Of a stretch of DNA of 32,000 bases, positions 1-8,063 are shown piece after piece (position 1 is the first letter of the stretch; each line of letters starts with the position of its first letter). The position numbers and the translations under genes are program-made. The notes under the pieces were generated by a model, which made no database searches, was not told the DNA's origin, and was given only the letters and a program-made list of their open reading frames with translations. The stretch comes from Cupriavidus necator (lineage in GTDB: Bacteria; Pseudomonadota; Gammaproteobacteria; Burkholderiales; Burkholderiaceae), in the NCBI RefSeq assembly GCF_016127575.1, contig NZ_CP066019.1:1920001-1952000 (forward strand), given 5' to 3'.

Positions 1-1
1 C

Positions 2-412
2 CGCTTTATCTGCCGCACAGGACATCCGCTTGTGCAACAGGCTGCCGGCGGAGACGCCGTATCGTTTGACGATGTCATGCGTTATCCGCTGGCTTCCGCC
101 CCGCTCAGCACGGAAGTCGCGCGCAACCTGGTGAAGCGCTTCGGTCCACGCGCGGATCCGGAGCATTGCCTTAGCCTCAGGTGCGAGAATGTCCGGAGCC
201 TGGTCGAAGCTGTGCTGGATTCCGACGCGATACTGTTCAGCATCGTCGCCGCAGTGCGTGCGGAGATTGCCGCAGGAAAACTATGCGAACTGGTCACGAC
301 CCCAGCGGTCGATGATGGCCCCCGCTATGCCTCTTTCACCCTGGCGGGGCGGACCGAGGCGCCCAGCATGGAAATATTCCGGAAATTCACGGACGAGCAT
401 TTGCGTGACTAG
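2..412 (+). CDS. LysR-family transcriptional regulator, C-terminal (effector-binding) part; the 5' end lies outside the window
   Basis: The frame is open from position 2 (RFICRTGHPLVQQAAGG...), with no stop before 412. The sequence pattern is typical of the C-terminal half of a LysR substrate-binding domain. The listed ORF start at 32 is only an internal GTG. Confidence 0.55.
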   Translation, partial: RFICRTGHPLVQQAAGGDAVSFDDVMRYPLASAPLSTEVARNLVKRFGPRADPEHCLSLRCENVRSLVEAVLDSDAILFSIVAAVRAEIAAGKLCELVTTPAVDDGPRYASFTLAGRTEAPSMEIFRKFTDEHLRD

Positions 413-584
413 CCGCCAGGCGAGCTGTTCCCGATCGGCAGCGTTATGCTTGAATCCATTCAGGGCAATGATGTGCCTTGTCGATGCACAATAAGAGTTC
501 CTTGGATCACCCAACCTCCACTCCGAGACCGGTACCGGAGCCGTCCCGTGAGTTCCCGTTCCTTATTCAAAAGCGGATGCCGGT

Positions 585-1388
585 ATGCCAAGGCCCCAGA
601 TCCTGACCTATGTCGACGCCGGCGCTTCCGACTGGACCGCATGCCTGATGCGGACCATCGGGCACCAACTCCACGCCAGCACCTACGAGAACCGTGCGGT
701 GATGGCAGACGACATCCGGCACGACGCCACGCTGTTCGATGGGGCGGTGCTGTTTGTCTTGCCGGGAGGCGCCGACCTTCCCTACTGTGCAATGCTGAAC
801 GGTGCCCCGAACGCGCGCATCCGGCGTTTCGTCGAACAGGGCGGCGTCTACCTCGGGATTTGCGCGGGCGCTTACTACGCATGTCGGGAACTGGCGTTTC
901 ACGCCGGCACCAGGGGCGCAATCTGCGGCCCGCGCGAGCTGTGCTTTGTCGACGCCGTGGCAGTGGGCTCGCTGCCAGAACTGACTGACGGCATGCTGTA
1001 TGACGGCACGCCGCGTACCACGGCCGCGGTGAAACTGCGCACCACGGACAGCCTGACCGATGTCCCGATGTCGCTATACACCCACTACCATGGCGGCTGC
1101 CGCTTTGACTTCGGCGACGCTCCCGGCGCTGACACGCAGGTCCTGGCCGTCTATGCGGATATCGATGGCACGCCGCCGGCCATCGTCAGTTCACGGGTTG
1201 GCAAGGGCCGCGCGGTGCTCGCCGGCGTCCACCTTGAGATCTCCGAGCGGGAGTGCAAGGATGCGCTGCGCGGACACAGCGATATGCGTGAACACCTCCA
1301 TGTCTGCGACCGGCTGGCGGAGACCGGCGATACACGCCTGGCGGTGTTTCGCCGGTTGCTGGCGCACGCGGGGCTGGTGCTGAACTGA
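585..1388 (+). CDS. Stand-alone BPL_N-like protein (biotin-protein ligase N-terminal domain, class-I glutamine-amidotransferase-like fold)
   Basis: 267 aa. The motifs FVLPGGADLPY, GGVYLGICAGAYYA, PRELCF and AAVKLRT line up with the conserved blocks I recall from the N-terminal domain of yeast Bpl1 and holocarboxylase synthetase. No BirA catalytic domain is attached. The start is ATG and the RBS is weak. Confidence 0.7.
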   Translation: MPRPQILTYVDAGASDWTACLMRTIGHQLHASTYENRAVMADDIRHDATLFDGAVLFVLPGGADLPYCAMLNGAPNARIRRFVEQGGVYLGICAGAYYACRELAFHAGTRGAICGPRELCFVDAVAVGSLPELTDGMLYDGTPRTTAAVKLRTTDSLTDVPMSLYTHYHGGCRFDFGDAPGADTQVLAVYADIDGTPPAIVSSRVGKGRAVLAGVHLEISERECKDALRGHSDMREHLHVCDRLAETGDTRLAVFRRLLAHAGLVLN

Positions 1389-1427
1389 GCGGCGCGCCCT
1401 ACCCTTTGGCCGGCATTCTTAGTGAAT

Positions 1428-3158
1428 TCACACAATGTTGACCAGCCGCGTCCCCGCCGTCAGGAACGTGCCTGCGGCCGCCTGCCACGTTACGCGGCCG
1501 CCGCGATGAGCATGGACTTGCATCTCCATCTTCATGGCTTCCATCACGGCGATCAGATCGCCTTCCTTGACCTCGTCGCCAACTGCGACCTTCCAGGTCT
1601 GCACGGTGCCGGCGATCGGGGATGGCAGGTCGGCCGGGTCAGTAGCGGCGGCCTGGGCCGGCGCCGCGGCGCTGCCTTGCCCGGGCGCGTCGGCGAGGCC
1701 GCGCAGCAGCTGCGCCGGCAGCCCCAGCACCATGCGGCGGCCGTCGATCTCGATGGCGGTGCGCAACAGGCTGGCATCGTGCCGGGGCTCGGCACGGGTG
1801 GCCGCTGCCAGCGGTTCGGCGAAGTCGGACTCGATCCAGCGCGTGTGGACCCTGAAGCCATCCGCGCCGAGGAAATCTGCGTGGTCGATCACCGCACGGT
1901 GGAACGGCAGCACCGACGCCACACCCTCGATACGGAACTCGCGCAGCGCACGGCGTGCGCGCGCCAGCGCCTGTTCGCGCGTGGCACCGGTCACGATGAG
2001 CTTGGCCATCAGCGAGTCGAATGTGCCGGGGACCACCGAGCCCGACTGCACACCCGAGTCCACGCGCACCCCGGGGCCCGACGGAGCTTCGAAGGTCTGC
2101 ACCGGCCCGGGCGTGGGCAGGAAGCCGCGGCCCACGTCCTCGGCGTTGATGCGGAACTCGATTGAATGGCCCAGCGGCGCCGGGGTTTCGGTAATGGAGA
2201 GCGGCAAGCCATCCGCCACGCGCAATTGCTCGACCACCAGGTCCACGCCGGTGGTCTGCTCGGTCACGGGGTGCTCCACCTGCAGGCGGGTGTTGACCTC
2301 CAGGAAGGAGATCGCGCCGCTGGCGCTGAGCAGGAATTCCACGGTGCCGGCACTGGTGTAGCTGGCCGCCGCGCAGATGTCGCGGGCGGCGGCGTGGATA
2401 CGCGCGCGCTGCGCGTCGGTCAGGAACGGCGCGGGGGCTTCTTCGACCAGCTTCTGGTTGCGGCGCTGCAGCGAGCAGTCGCGCGTGCCCAGCACCACGA
2501 CATTGCCATGCTGGTCGGCCAGTACCTGCGCTTCGATATGGCGGGGCTTGTCGAGGAACTGCTCAACGAAGCATTCGCCGCGGCCAAAGGCAGTGACAGC
2601 CTCGCGCACGGCGGAGGCGTACAACTCCTCCACCTCATCCATGCGCCATGCGATCTTCATGCCGCGGCCGCCGCCGCCGAAGGCTGCCTTGATGATGATC
2701 GGCAGGCCGTACTGCTCGGCAAAGGCCAGTACCTCACTGGCATCCACGACCGGGTCGGGCGTGCCGGCGACCAGCGGGGCGCCAACCTGCAAGGCGATCT
2801 TGCGCGCTTCCACCTTGTCGCCCAGCCGCGCAATCGTGGCGGGAGACGGGCCAATCCAGACCAGGCCGGCATCGATCACGGCCTTGGCAAAGGCTTCACT
2901 TTCCGACAGGAAGCCGTAGCCTGGATGCACGGCATCTGCCCCGCTGCGCCGGGCGATATCGAGCAGCTTGGGAATGTTCAGGTAGGTGTCGGCCGGACGG
3001 TCGCCATCCAGGCCGTAGGCCTCGTCGGCCAGCCGCGCGTGCAGCGCGTCGATATCAGCATTGGCATACACGGCCACCGACCCGACTCCGTAGTCGGCAC
3101 AGGCGCGGATGATGCGGACGGCAATCTCGCCACGGTTGGCAATCAGGACTTTCTTCAT
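1428..3158 (-). CDS. Biotin carboxylase fused to a C-terminal biotin carboxyl carrier (BCCP) domain
   Basis: 576 aa. The N-terminus [20 protein letters not shown] and the ATP-grasp region are typical of AccC-type biotin carboxylases. An Ala/Pro-rich linker is followed by the biotinyl domain ending ...[13 protein letters not shown]. The AMKM lysine codon is at 1530-1532. Confidence 0.93.
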   Translation of the reverse strand: MKKVLIANRGEIAVRIIRACADYGVGSVAVYANADIDALHARLADEAYGLDGDRPADTYLNIPKLLDIARRSGADAVHPGYGFLSESEAFAKAVIDAGLVWIGPSPATIARLGDKVEARKIALQVGAPLVAGTPDPVVDASEVLAFAEQYGLPIIIKAAFGGGGRGMKIAWRMDEVEELYASAVREAVTAFGRGECFVEQFLDKPRHIEAQVLADQHGNVVVLGTRDCSLQRRNQKLVEEAPAPFLTDAQRARIHAAARDICAAASYTSAGTVEFLLSASGAISFLEVNTRLQVEHPVTEQTTGVDLVVEQLRVADGLPLSITETPAPLGHSIEFRINAEDVGRGFLPTPGPVQTFEAPSGPGVRVDSGVQSGSVVPGTFDSLMAKLIVTGATREQALARARRALREFRIEGVASVLPFHRAVIDHADFLGADGFRVHTRWIESDFAEPLAAATRAEPRHDASLLRTAIEIDGRRMVLGLPAQLLRGLADAPGQGSAAAPAQAAATDPADLPSPIAGTVQTWKVAVGDEVKEGDLIAVMEAMKMEMQVHAHRGGRVTWQAAAGTFLTAGTRLVNIV

Positions 3159-3185
3159 CGCAAATCTCGGTTGGGGCTTGTGCGC

Positions 3186-4829
3186 TCAGGCGGCAGACGA
3201 TCGCTGCGCCGACAGTTGCAGTTCTGACGGTTGAAGTTCTTCGAAGGCGCCGAGCGGGTTGAAGCGCAGCCAGGCGCCAACCGGAATCTGTCCGGCGCGG
3301 TCCAGGTGGTAAGGCGCCACGGCCCCGATCACGGGGTAGCCGCCGGTCAGCGGGTGGTCGGCCAGGAACAGCACGGGTTGGCCGCTTGGCGGCACCTGCA
3401 ACGCACCCAGGGCGGTGCCCTCGCTGGGCAGCTCGCCGGTGATGGCGCGCTCCAGCGGCACCTCGCCGGCCAGGCGCAGGCCCACGCGGTTGGATTGCGG
3501 GGTGACTTGCCAGCGCTGCGCAGCAAGGCGCGCCACGGACTCCGCAGTGAACCAGTCGGTGCGGGGACCGAGCACCACATCCAGCACGACGTCCTGCTCC
3601 ACCGTGGGCAGATCGGCGGCAGGCAACCCGGGGGTGCCCACGACGGCGCCGGCCGGTGCGGGCAGCAGGTCCAGCACATCGCCCACGGCCAGTGGCGCGG
3701 GACCGACCTTGGCCAGCGAGTCAGTCGCACAACTGCCCAGGACCGGCGTGACGGCAAACCCGCCGCGTGCTGCCACATAGCTGCGGGCGCCGGCAAGAGG
3801 CTGACCGATGCTCAGCGTGTCGCCATCGGCCAGCGCCACGGCCTGGTGGTTCGGGACGCTCCATTGGCGACCATCGGCAGTGCGCACCGTCAGCGCCGCA
3901 TCGGCGCCAGTGACAGCCAGCACGGTTTCACCCACGCTCTGCAGTTGCAGGCCGCCGCCCACGGTCTCGAGCGCCGCGCCGTCGCTGCGGTTGCCGACCA
4001 GGCGGTTGGCCATCTTGAGGGCGGCCTGGTCCATCGCACCCGAGGCCGAGACGCCCTGCCCCGCCTGGCCGTGCCGGCCCAGGTCCTGGAACACGGTCTG
4101 CAGCCCGGTGGCCCTCACCTTCAGCGCCGCGGCAGCAGCCGCCTTGTCCGTCGGCAACGGCTGGCGCGCCGGGGCGCCGGCGGCGATGGCGCTGCCCGCA
4201 TCGAGCACGCCATCGAGCGTGGCGATGTCGATGAAGCGCACGCGATAGCCGGGCTGCAGCAGCGCAGGCTGTTCGCGATTCAGGTCCCACATGGCCACGG
4301 GGGTAACCCCGATGATCTGCCAGCCGCCCGGGCTGGCCTGCGGGTACACGCCGCTGAAGGTGCCAGCCAGGCCCACGGCGCCGGCGGGAATACGCGTGCG
4401 CGGCGTACTGCGGCGCGGCACGTCGAAGCTGGGATGGCCGCCGCTGAGATAGGCAAAGCCTGGCGCAAAGCCGGTAAAGGCAACGGTGTATTCGCTGCCG
4501 GTGTGGCGGCGCACCACTTCCCTGGGCGTGATGCCAAGCAGCTGGGCCACCTCGGCCAGGTCCTCGCCGTCATAGCGCACCGGAATCTCGACCAGGATGT
4601 TGCTGCGCTCGACGCGCTGCGACAGGTCGCGCGCGGCGATGGCCGATACCAGCGCGGCGGCGCTGATGGCCGATGGGCGGAAGTGAACGAGGATGGTGCG
4701 CGCGGCGGGCACCAGCTCCGCCACGCCGTGCACGGGATCGCGCTGCAGCGAGGCCAGCAGGGCCAGGGTCTGGTCCAGGTCGGCCAGTTCCACCAGCAGT
4801 GCATTCGAAGTGACGGGCAGAAAACGCAA
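3186..4829 (-). CDS. Fused KipI/PxpB-KipA/PxpC protein (carboxyltransferase CT_C_D + CT_A_B domains, the former 'allophanate hydrolase subunit 1+2' family)
   Basis: 547 aa. The N-terminal ~205 aa (MRFLPVTSNALLVEL...YRVRFIDI) are KipI-like. After an Ala-rich linker, LKVRATGLQTVFQDLGRHG...GGYPVIG is KipA-like. TTG start at 4829, with GGAG 6 nt upstream. The gene lies 27 nt downstream of the DUF1445 gene and 27 nt upstream of the BC-BCCP gene. Confidence 0.88.
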   Translation of the reverse strand: MRFLPVTSNALLVELADLDQTLALLASLQRDPVHGVAELVPAARTILVHFRPSAISAAALVSAIAARDLSQRVERSNILVEIPVRYDGEDLAEVAQLLGITPREVVRRHTGSEYTVAFTGFAPGFAYLSGGHPSFDVPRRSTPRTRIPAGAVGLAGTFSGVYPQASPGGWQIIGVTPVAMWDLNREQPALLQPGYRVRFIDIATLDGVLDAGSAIAAGAPARQPLPTDKAAAAAALKVRATGLQTVFQDLGRHGQAGQGVSASGAMDQAALKMANRLVGNRSDGAALETVGGGLQLQSVGETVLAVTGADAALTVRTADGRQWSVPNHQAVALADGDTLSIGQPLAGARSYVAARGGFAVTPVLGSCATDSLAKVGPAPLAVGDVLDLLPAPAGAVVGTPGLPAADLPTVEQDVVLDVVLGPRTDWFTAESVARLAAQRWQVTPQSNRVGLRLAGEVPLERAITGELPSEGTALGALQVPPSGQPVLFLADHPLTGGYPVIGAVAPYHLDRAGQIPVGAWLRFNPLGAFEELQPSELQLSAQRSSAA

Positions 4830-4856
4830 AACGAGCTCCGCAATGACCCGGAGGTC

Positions 4857-5669
4857 CTAGACGTGATACGTGCTGTCTGGCACGTCGGTAATGAACATGT
4901 GGCCCGGCGCATGCGTCACGGCGAACGGCACGCCTGACGCCATCACGGCCGCCTGGGGCGTGACGCCGCAAGCCCAGAACACCGGGATCTCGCCCGGCTC
5001 GATACGCACGGCGTCACCAAAGTCAGGCCTGGCGAGGTCGGCAATGCCCAGCGCGGCCGGATCGCCGACATGGACGGGCGAGCCGTGCACCGACGGGAAG
5101 CGTCCGCTGATGGAAACCGCATCGGCAACCCGATGCGCAGGGATGGGCCGCATGGACACGACCATCTCGCCATGCAGGCGGCCAGCCGGGCGACACTGGC
5201 GGTTGGTGCGGTACATCGGCACGTTGGAACCGTCGGCGATATGCCGCACCTCGATGCCTGCCTCTTGCAGCGGCGTCTCGAAGGTGAAGCTGCAGCCGAT
5301 CAGGAAGGTGACCAGGTCCGGGTGCTCAGTCCACAGGGGCGTGGCATCCGCCACCTCCTCCGCCAGCTTGCCGTCGCGCCACACGCGATACAGCGGGATA
5401 TCGGTGCGGATATCGGCCCCTTGCGCCAGCACGGTCTGCTGTGCACCCGCTTCGATCACGTCGAGCACGGGACAGGCCTTGGGGTTGCGTTGCGCGTACA
5501 GCAGGAAGTCCCAGGCCCAGTCGCGCGGCAACGCGATCATGTTGGCTTGCGTCATCCCCGGTGCAATGCCGGCGGTAGGCTGTACCGTGCCGGCACGGTA
5601 GCTTGCGCGCGCTGCGCGCGCGGCGTTCACGGCGGCGATGCGGGTGCGTTCCAGTGCGGAATCTTGCAT
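4857..5669 (-). CDS. DUF1445 / UPF0317 'putative hydro-lyase' (D-glutamate cyclase-like family)
   Basis: 270 aa from the ATG at 5669 ([28 protein letters not shown]...). GGAG lies ~9 nt upstream. The longer listed ORF (to 5816) would overlap the MFS gene and looks like an artefactual extension. Family recognised from conserved blocks ([29 protein letters not shown]). Confidence 0.8.
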   Translation of the reverse strand: MQDSALERTRIAAVNAARAARASYRAGTVQPTAGIAPGMTQANMIALPRDWAWDFLLYAQRNPKACPVLDVIEAGAQQTVLAQGADIRTDIPLYRVWRDGKLAEEVADATPLWTEHPDLVTFLIGCSFTFETPLQEAGIEVRHIADGSNVPMYRTNRQCRPAGRLHGEMVVSMRPIPAHRVADAVSISGRFPSVHGSPVHVGDPAALGIADLARPDFGDAVRIEPGEIPVFWACGVTPQAAVMASGVPFAVTHAPGHMFITDVPDSTYHV

Positions 5670-5697
5670 GCGTGTTGCTCCAGTGTCTTGGATCAGA

Positions 5698-6951
5698 TCA
5701 ATGCGCGGCCTCGGCCCCGGCTTCGGCGAGCAATTCGCGCCCTTGCGTTTCCGGCAACAGCAGGCAGGCGATAACGACCAGCCCATAGGCGCCGGCGGCG
5801 AGATAGCCGATGGCAACCCCCAGCGACATCGATGCGCTCATATGCCCGATCATGGCCGGGAATATGGAACCGACCGCACGGCCAAAGTTGTAGCAGAAGC
5901 CCTGGCCGGAGCCGCGGATATGGCTCGGATACAGCTCCGTCAGGTAGGCCCCCATCCCCGAGAAGATCCCGGACAGGAAGAAACCCAGGGGGAAACCCAG
6001 CACCAGCATCGCGGCGTCGGTGATCGGCAACTGCGTATAGCAGATCACGAGGAAGGCCGCGCTCACCGCAAACAGCATGAAGCAACGCCGGCGCCCCAGG
6101 CGGTCGGACAGCCAGGCGCTGGTCAGGTAGCCGGCGAAGGACCCGGCGATCAGCACCATCAGGTAGCCGCTGGTGTTGAGCACGGAGAGATTGCGTTCCA
6201 TCTTGAGGTAGGTGGGCAGCCAGGTCGTCACCGAATAGTAGGCACCTTGCATGCCGGTCGCCAGCAGGCTTGCCAGCACCGTCACGCGCAGCACGCCGGG
6301 CTTGAAGATCAGCATGAAGTTATTGCTTTGCCCGGTGCGGGCCAGCTTGGCCCTGGTTTCCTGATACACCTCGGGCTCGGAGATATTGCGGCGGATATAC
6401 AGGATAAAGACCGCCGGCAGCACGCCGGCCCAGAACAGCACGCGCCATGCGTATTGCTGCTCGAACACGGCATAGACCGCCCAGAATGCAATCGCCGACA
6501 GGCCCCAGCCGATGGCCCAGCTGCTTTGCACCAGTCCGACCGCCTTGCCACGGTGGCGGGCCCGGATCATCTCGGCGATCAGCAGGGAACCGACTGACCA
6601 TTCGCCGCCAAAGCCCAGGCCTTGCAGCATGCGGGTCAGGAACAGTTGCTCGGGGGACTGGGTGAAGCCGCTCAGGAACGTGAAGAAACTGAACCAGAGC
6701 ACGGTCAGCTGCAGGATCCGCACGCGACCATATTTGTCGGCCAGGATGCCGGCCAGCCAGCCGCCGATGGCCGAGCTGATGAGCGCGCCCGTCGCGATGT
6801 AGCCAGCCTCGGCCTTGGTCATGCCCCACACCAGGATGAAGGTGGGGATCATGAAGGTGTAGATCATGTAGTCGAAGGCATCGACCCCATAGCCGACGAA
6901 GGCGGCAAAGAGCGTCTTGCGCTCCGCCTGATTTGTTTCTTTAAGCCACAT
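5698..6951 (-). CDS. MFS transporter (metabolite:H+ symporter-like)
   Basis: 417 aa from the ATG at 6951; the listed ORF begins at an upstream TTG. There are multiple hydrophobic helices and the MFS signature [13 protein letters not shown] lies between TM2 and TM3. It is the first gene of the minus-strand operon. Confidence 0.88.
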   Translation of the reverse strand: MWLKETNQAERKTLFAAFVGYGVDAFDYMIYTFMIPTFILVWGMTKAEAGYIATGALISSAIGGWLAGILADKYGRVRILQLTVLWFSFFTFLSGFTQSPEQLFLTRMLQGLGFGGEWSVGSLLIAEMIRARHRGKAVGLVQSSWAIGWGLSAIAFWAVYAVFEQQYAWRVLFWAGVLPAVFILYIRRNISEPEVYQETRAKLARTGQSNNFMLIFKPGVLRVTVLASLLATGMQGAYYSVTTWLPTYLKMERNLSVLNTSGYLMVLIAGSFAGYLTSAWLSDRLGRRRCFMLFAVSAAFLVICYTQLPITDAAMLVLGFPLGFFLSGIFSGMGAYLTELYPSHIRGSGQGFCYNFGRAVGSIFPAMIGHMSASMSLGVAIGYLAAGAYGLVVIACLLLPETQGRELLAEAGAEAAH

Positions 6952-7126
6952 GGTTGCGCTCACTATGGATAAGGACAAAGCGTGGACAAGGCTCGTCGCG
7001 ATGTCTTCACGACGAAGTTCCGGTAGCGAGCAAGACCACTAAGACAGCGGCCCCGCACCCCAGCCGCTGTTTAGCAAAACACATGCCATGTTCATCTATC
7101 TGCACGTATGACTCAACCACCGTGAC

Positions 7127-7143
7127 ATATTGTTGAACAATAT
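7127..7143. promoter_or_regulatory. Perfect 8-1-8 palindrome ATATTGTT-G-AACAATAT; candidate GntR/FadR-type operator
   Basis: Read directly from the sequence. It contains the GT-N-AC core typical of GntR-family operators. It lies in the divergent region between the MFS operon and the gntR gene. Confidence 0.55.
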
Positions 7144-7214
7144 TGGCTGAGGTTCGATTCTCGTATACACCTAAGTCACGTCTGCAGGGCAGACTTCGCA
7201 CCAATCTTGTGCCT

Positions 7215-7226
7215 ATTGTTCAACAA
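7215..7226. promoter_or_regulatory. Second, shorter copy of the operator core (ATTGTT-C-AACAA)
   Basis: Same core as the palindrome at 7127-7143. Located 61 nt upstream of the gntR ATG. Confidence 0.45.
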
Positions 7227-7286
7227 AGTGAGATAACATCGCCGCACGGGGCATGCCTGAACCTGTCGCCCCTGACGCAAGCCAAC

Positions 7287-7955
7287 ATGACATCCAGTAC
7301 TGACGTAAGAAACCTGGCCGAGCGGGTCACGGAGCAGATTCGCCAGCGCATCGTGCATGGCGAATTCGCGCCCGGGCAGCGCTTGTCGGAAGCCGCGCTT
7401 AGCGAGAGCCTGCAGATCTCGCGCAACACCTTGCGCGAGACCTTTCGCGTGCTGACCAAGGAAGGCCTGCTCAAGCACGAACCCAACCGCGGGGTATCCG
7501 TGGCAATTCCCAGCATTGCGGCCATCATCGACATCTACCGCGTGCGCCGCATGATCGAGTGCCAGGCCATCGCCCAGGCCTACCCCAGCCATCCAGCCAG
7601 GAAGCACCTGCGCGAAGCGGTGGAAATGGGACTGCGCTGCCGCGACAGCGGCGACTGGCAAGGCGCGGGTACCGCCAATATGGAGTTCCATATGGCGATC
7701 GTGGAACTGGCCGACAGCGAGCGGCTGAACGTGATGTTCGCCCACCTGCTGGCCGAGCTGCGCCTGGCTTTCGGCATGCTGCAGGATCCCGAATTCCTGC
7801 ATGGCCCATATGTCGAGCTGAACCAGCACATCCTGCAGTTGTTCGAGGCGGGCAAGCTCGCAGAGTGTGCCGCAGCCCTCAACGACTACCTGGTGCAGTC
7901 CGAGCGCATCGTGCTGTCGGTTTGCGCCCGGCACCCGATTTTCAAGGGGCGTTGA
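7287..7955 (+). CDS. GntR-family transcriptional regulator, FadR subfamily (FCD C-terminal domain)
   Basis: 222 aa from the ATG at 7287 (MTSSTDVRNLAERVTEQIRQRIVHGEFAPGQRLSEAALSESLQISRNTLRETFRVLTKEGLL). The winged-HTH is followed by an all-helical C-terminal domain. The listed ORF start at 7143 is an extension into the intergenic region. Confidence 0.88.
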   Translation: MTSSTDVRNLAERVTEQIRQRIVHGEFAPGQRLSEAALSESLQISRNTLRETFRVLTKEGLLKHEPNRGVSVAIPSIAAIIDIYRVRRMIECQAIAQAYPSHPARKHLREAVEMGLRCRDSGDWQGAGTANMEFHMAIVELADSERLNVMFAHLLAELRLAFGMLQDPEFLHGPYVELNQHILQLFEAGKLAECAAALNDYLVQSERIVLSVCARHPIFKGR

Positions 7956-8063
7956 ACGCCGGTGCGGCGCATCCATGCATAGCTGCTGCACGCCGAGCCG
8001 CAATGGCCCCCGCCTGCTCAAGATGCGGAGCCATGCATTGTCGTCGGTAAGGCGCCAGTGTCC

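Noticed and set aside
529-538. Short perfect palindromes in intergenic DNA: CCGGTACCGG at 529-538 and CAATGCATTG at 9097-9106.
   Set aside because: Isolated 10-bp palindromes of this kind are expected by chance in 32 kb. They have no second copy and no positional relation to a regulator that would support a function.
3231-4937. Very long ORFs antisense to, or out of frame with, recognised genes. Examples: 3231-4937 (+), 24981-27071 (+), 13253-14518 (-), 21001-21972 (-), 18351-19559 (-), 11185-12486 (+), 2166-3227 (+).
   Set aside because: They are typical high-GC artefacts. Their composition is Arg/Gly/Ala/His/Pro-rich and low in complexity, and they contain no recognisable domains. Each fully overlaps a gene with clear family signatures on the other strand or frame.
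5670-5816. N-terminal extensions implied by the ORF track. The affected genes are DUF1445 (to 5816), the GntR gene (from 7143), the nitronate monooxygenase gene (from 9099), the FAD oxidoreductase (to 12582), the LysR gene (to 13505), the SDR gene (from 13289), the ABM gene (from 14295), the PanE-like gene (to 15783) and the thiolase gene (to 17491).
   Set aside because: In each case an internal ATG preceded by a Shine-Dalgarno-like sequence coincides with the start of family-typical sequence. The extensions would overlap neighbouring genes or promoters.
6952-7140. A possible guanidine (ykkC-type) or other riboswitch in the leader of the urea-carboxylase-like operon.
   Set aside because: I could not find the conserved ykkC/guanidine-I sequence blocks or any other riboswitch core I know. 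Only two generic hairpins are present. This remains open and is noted under the control-region finding.
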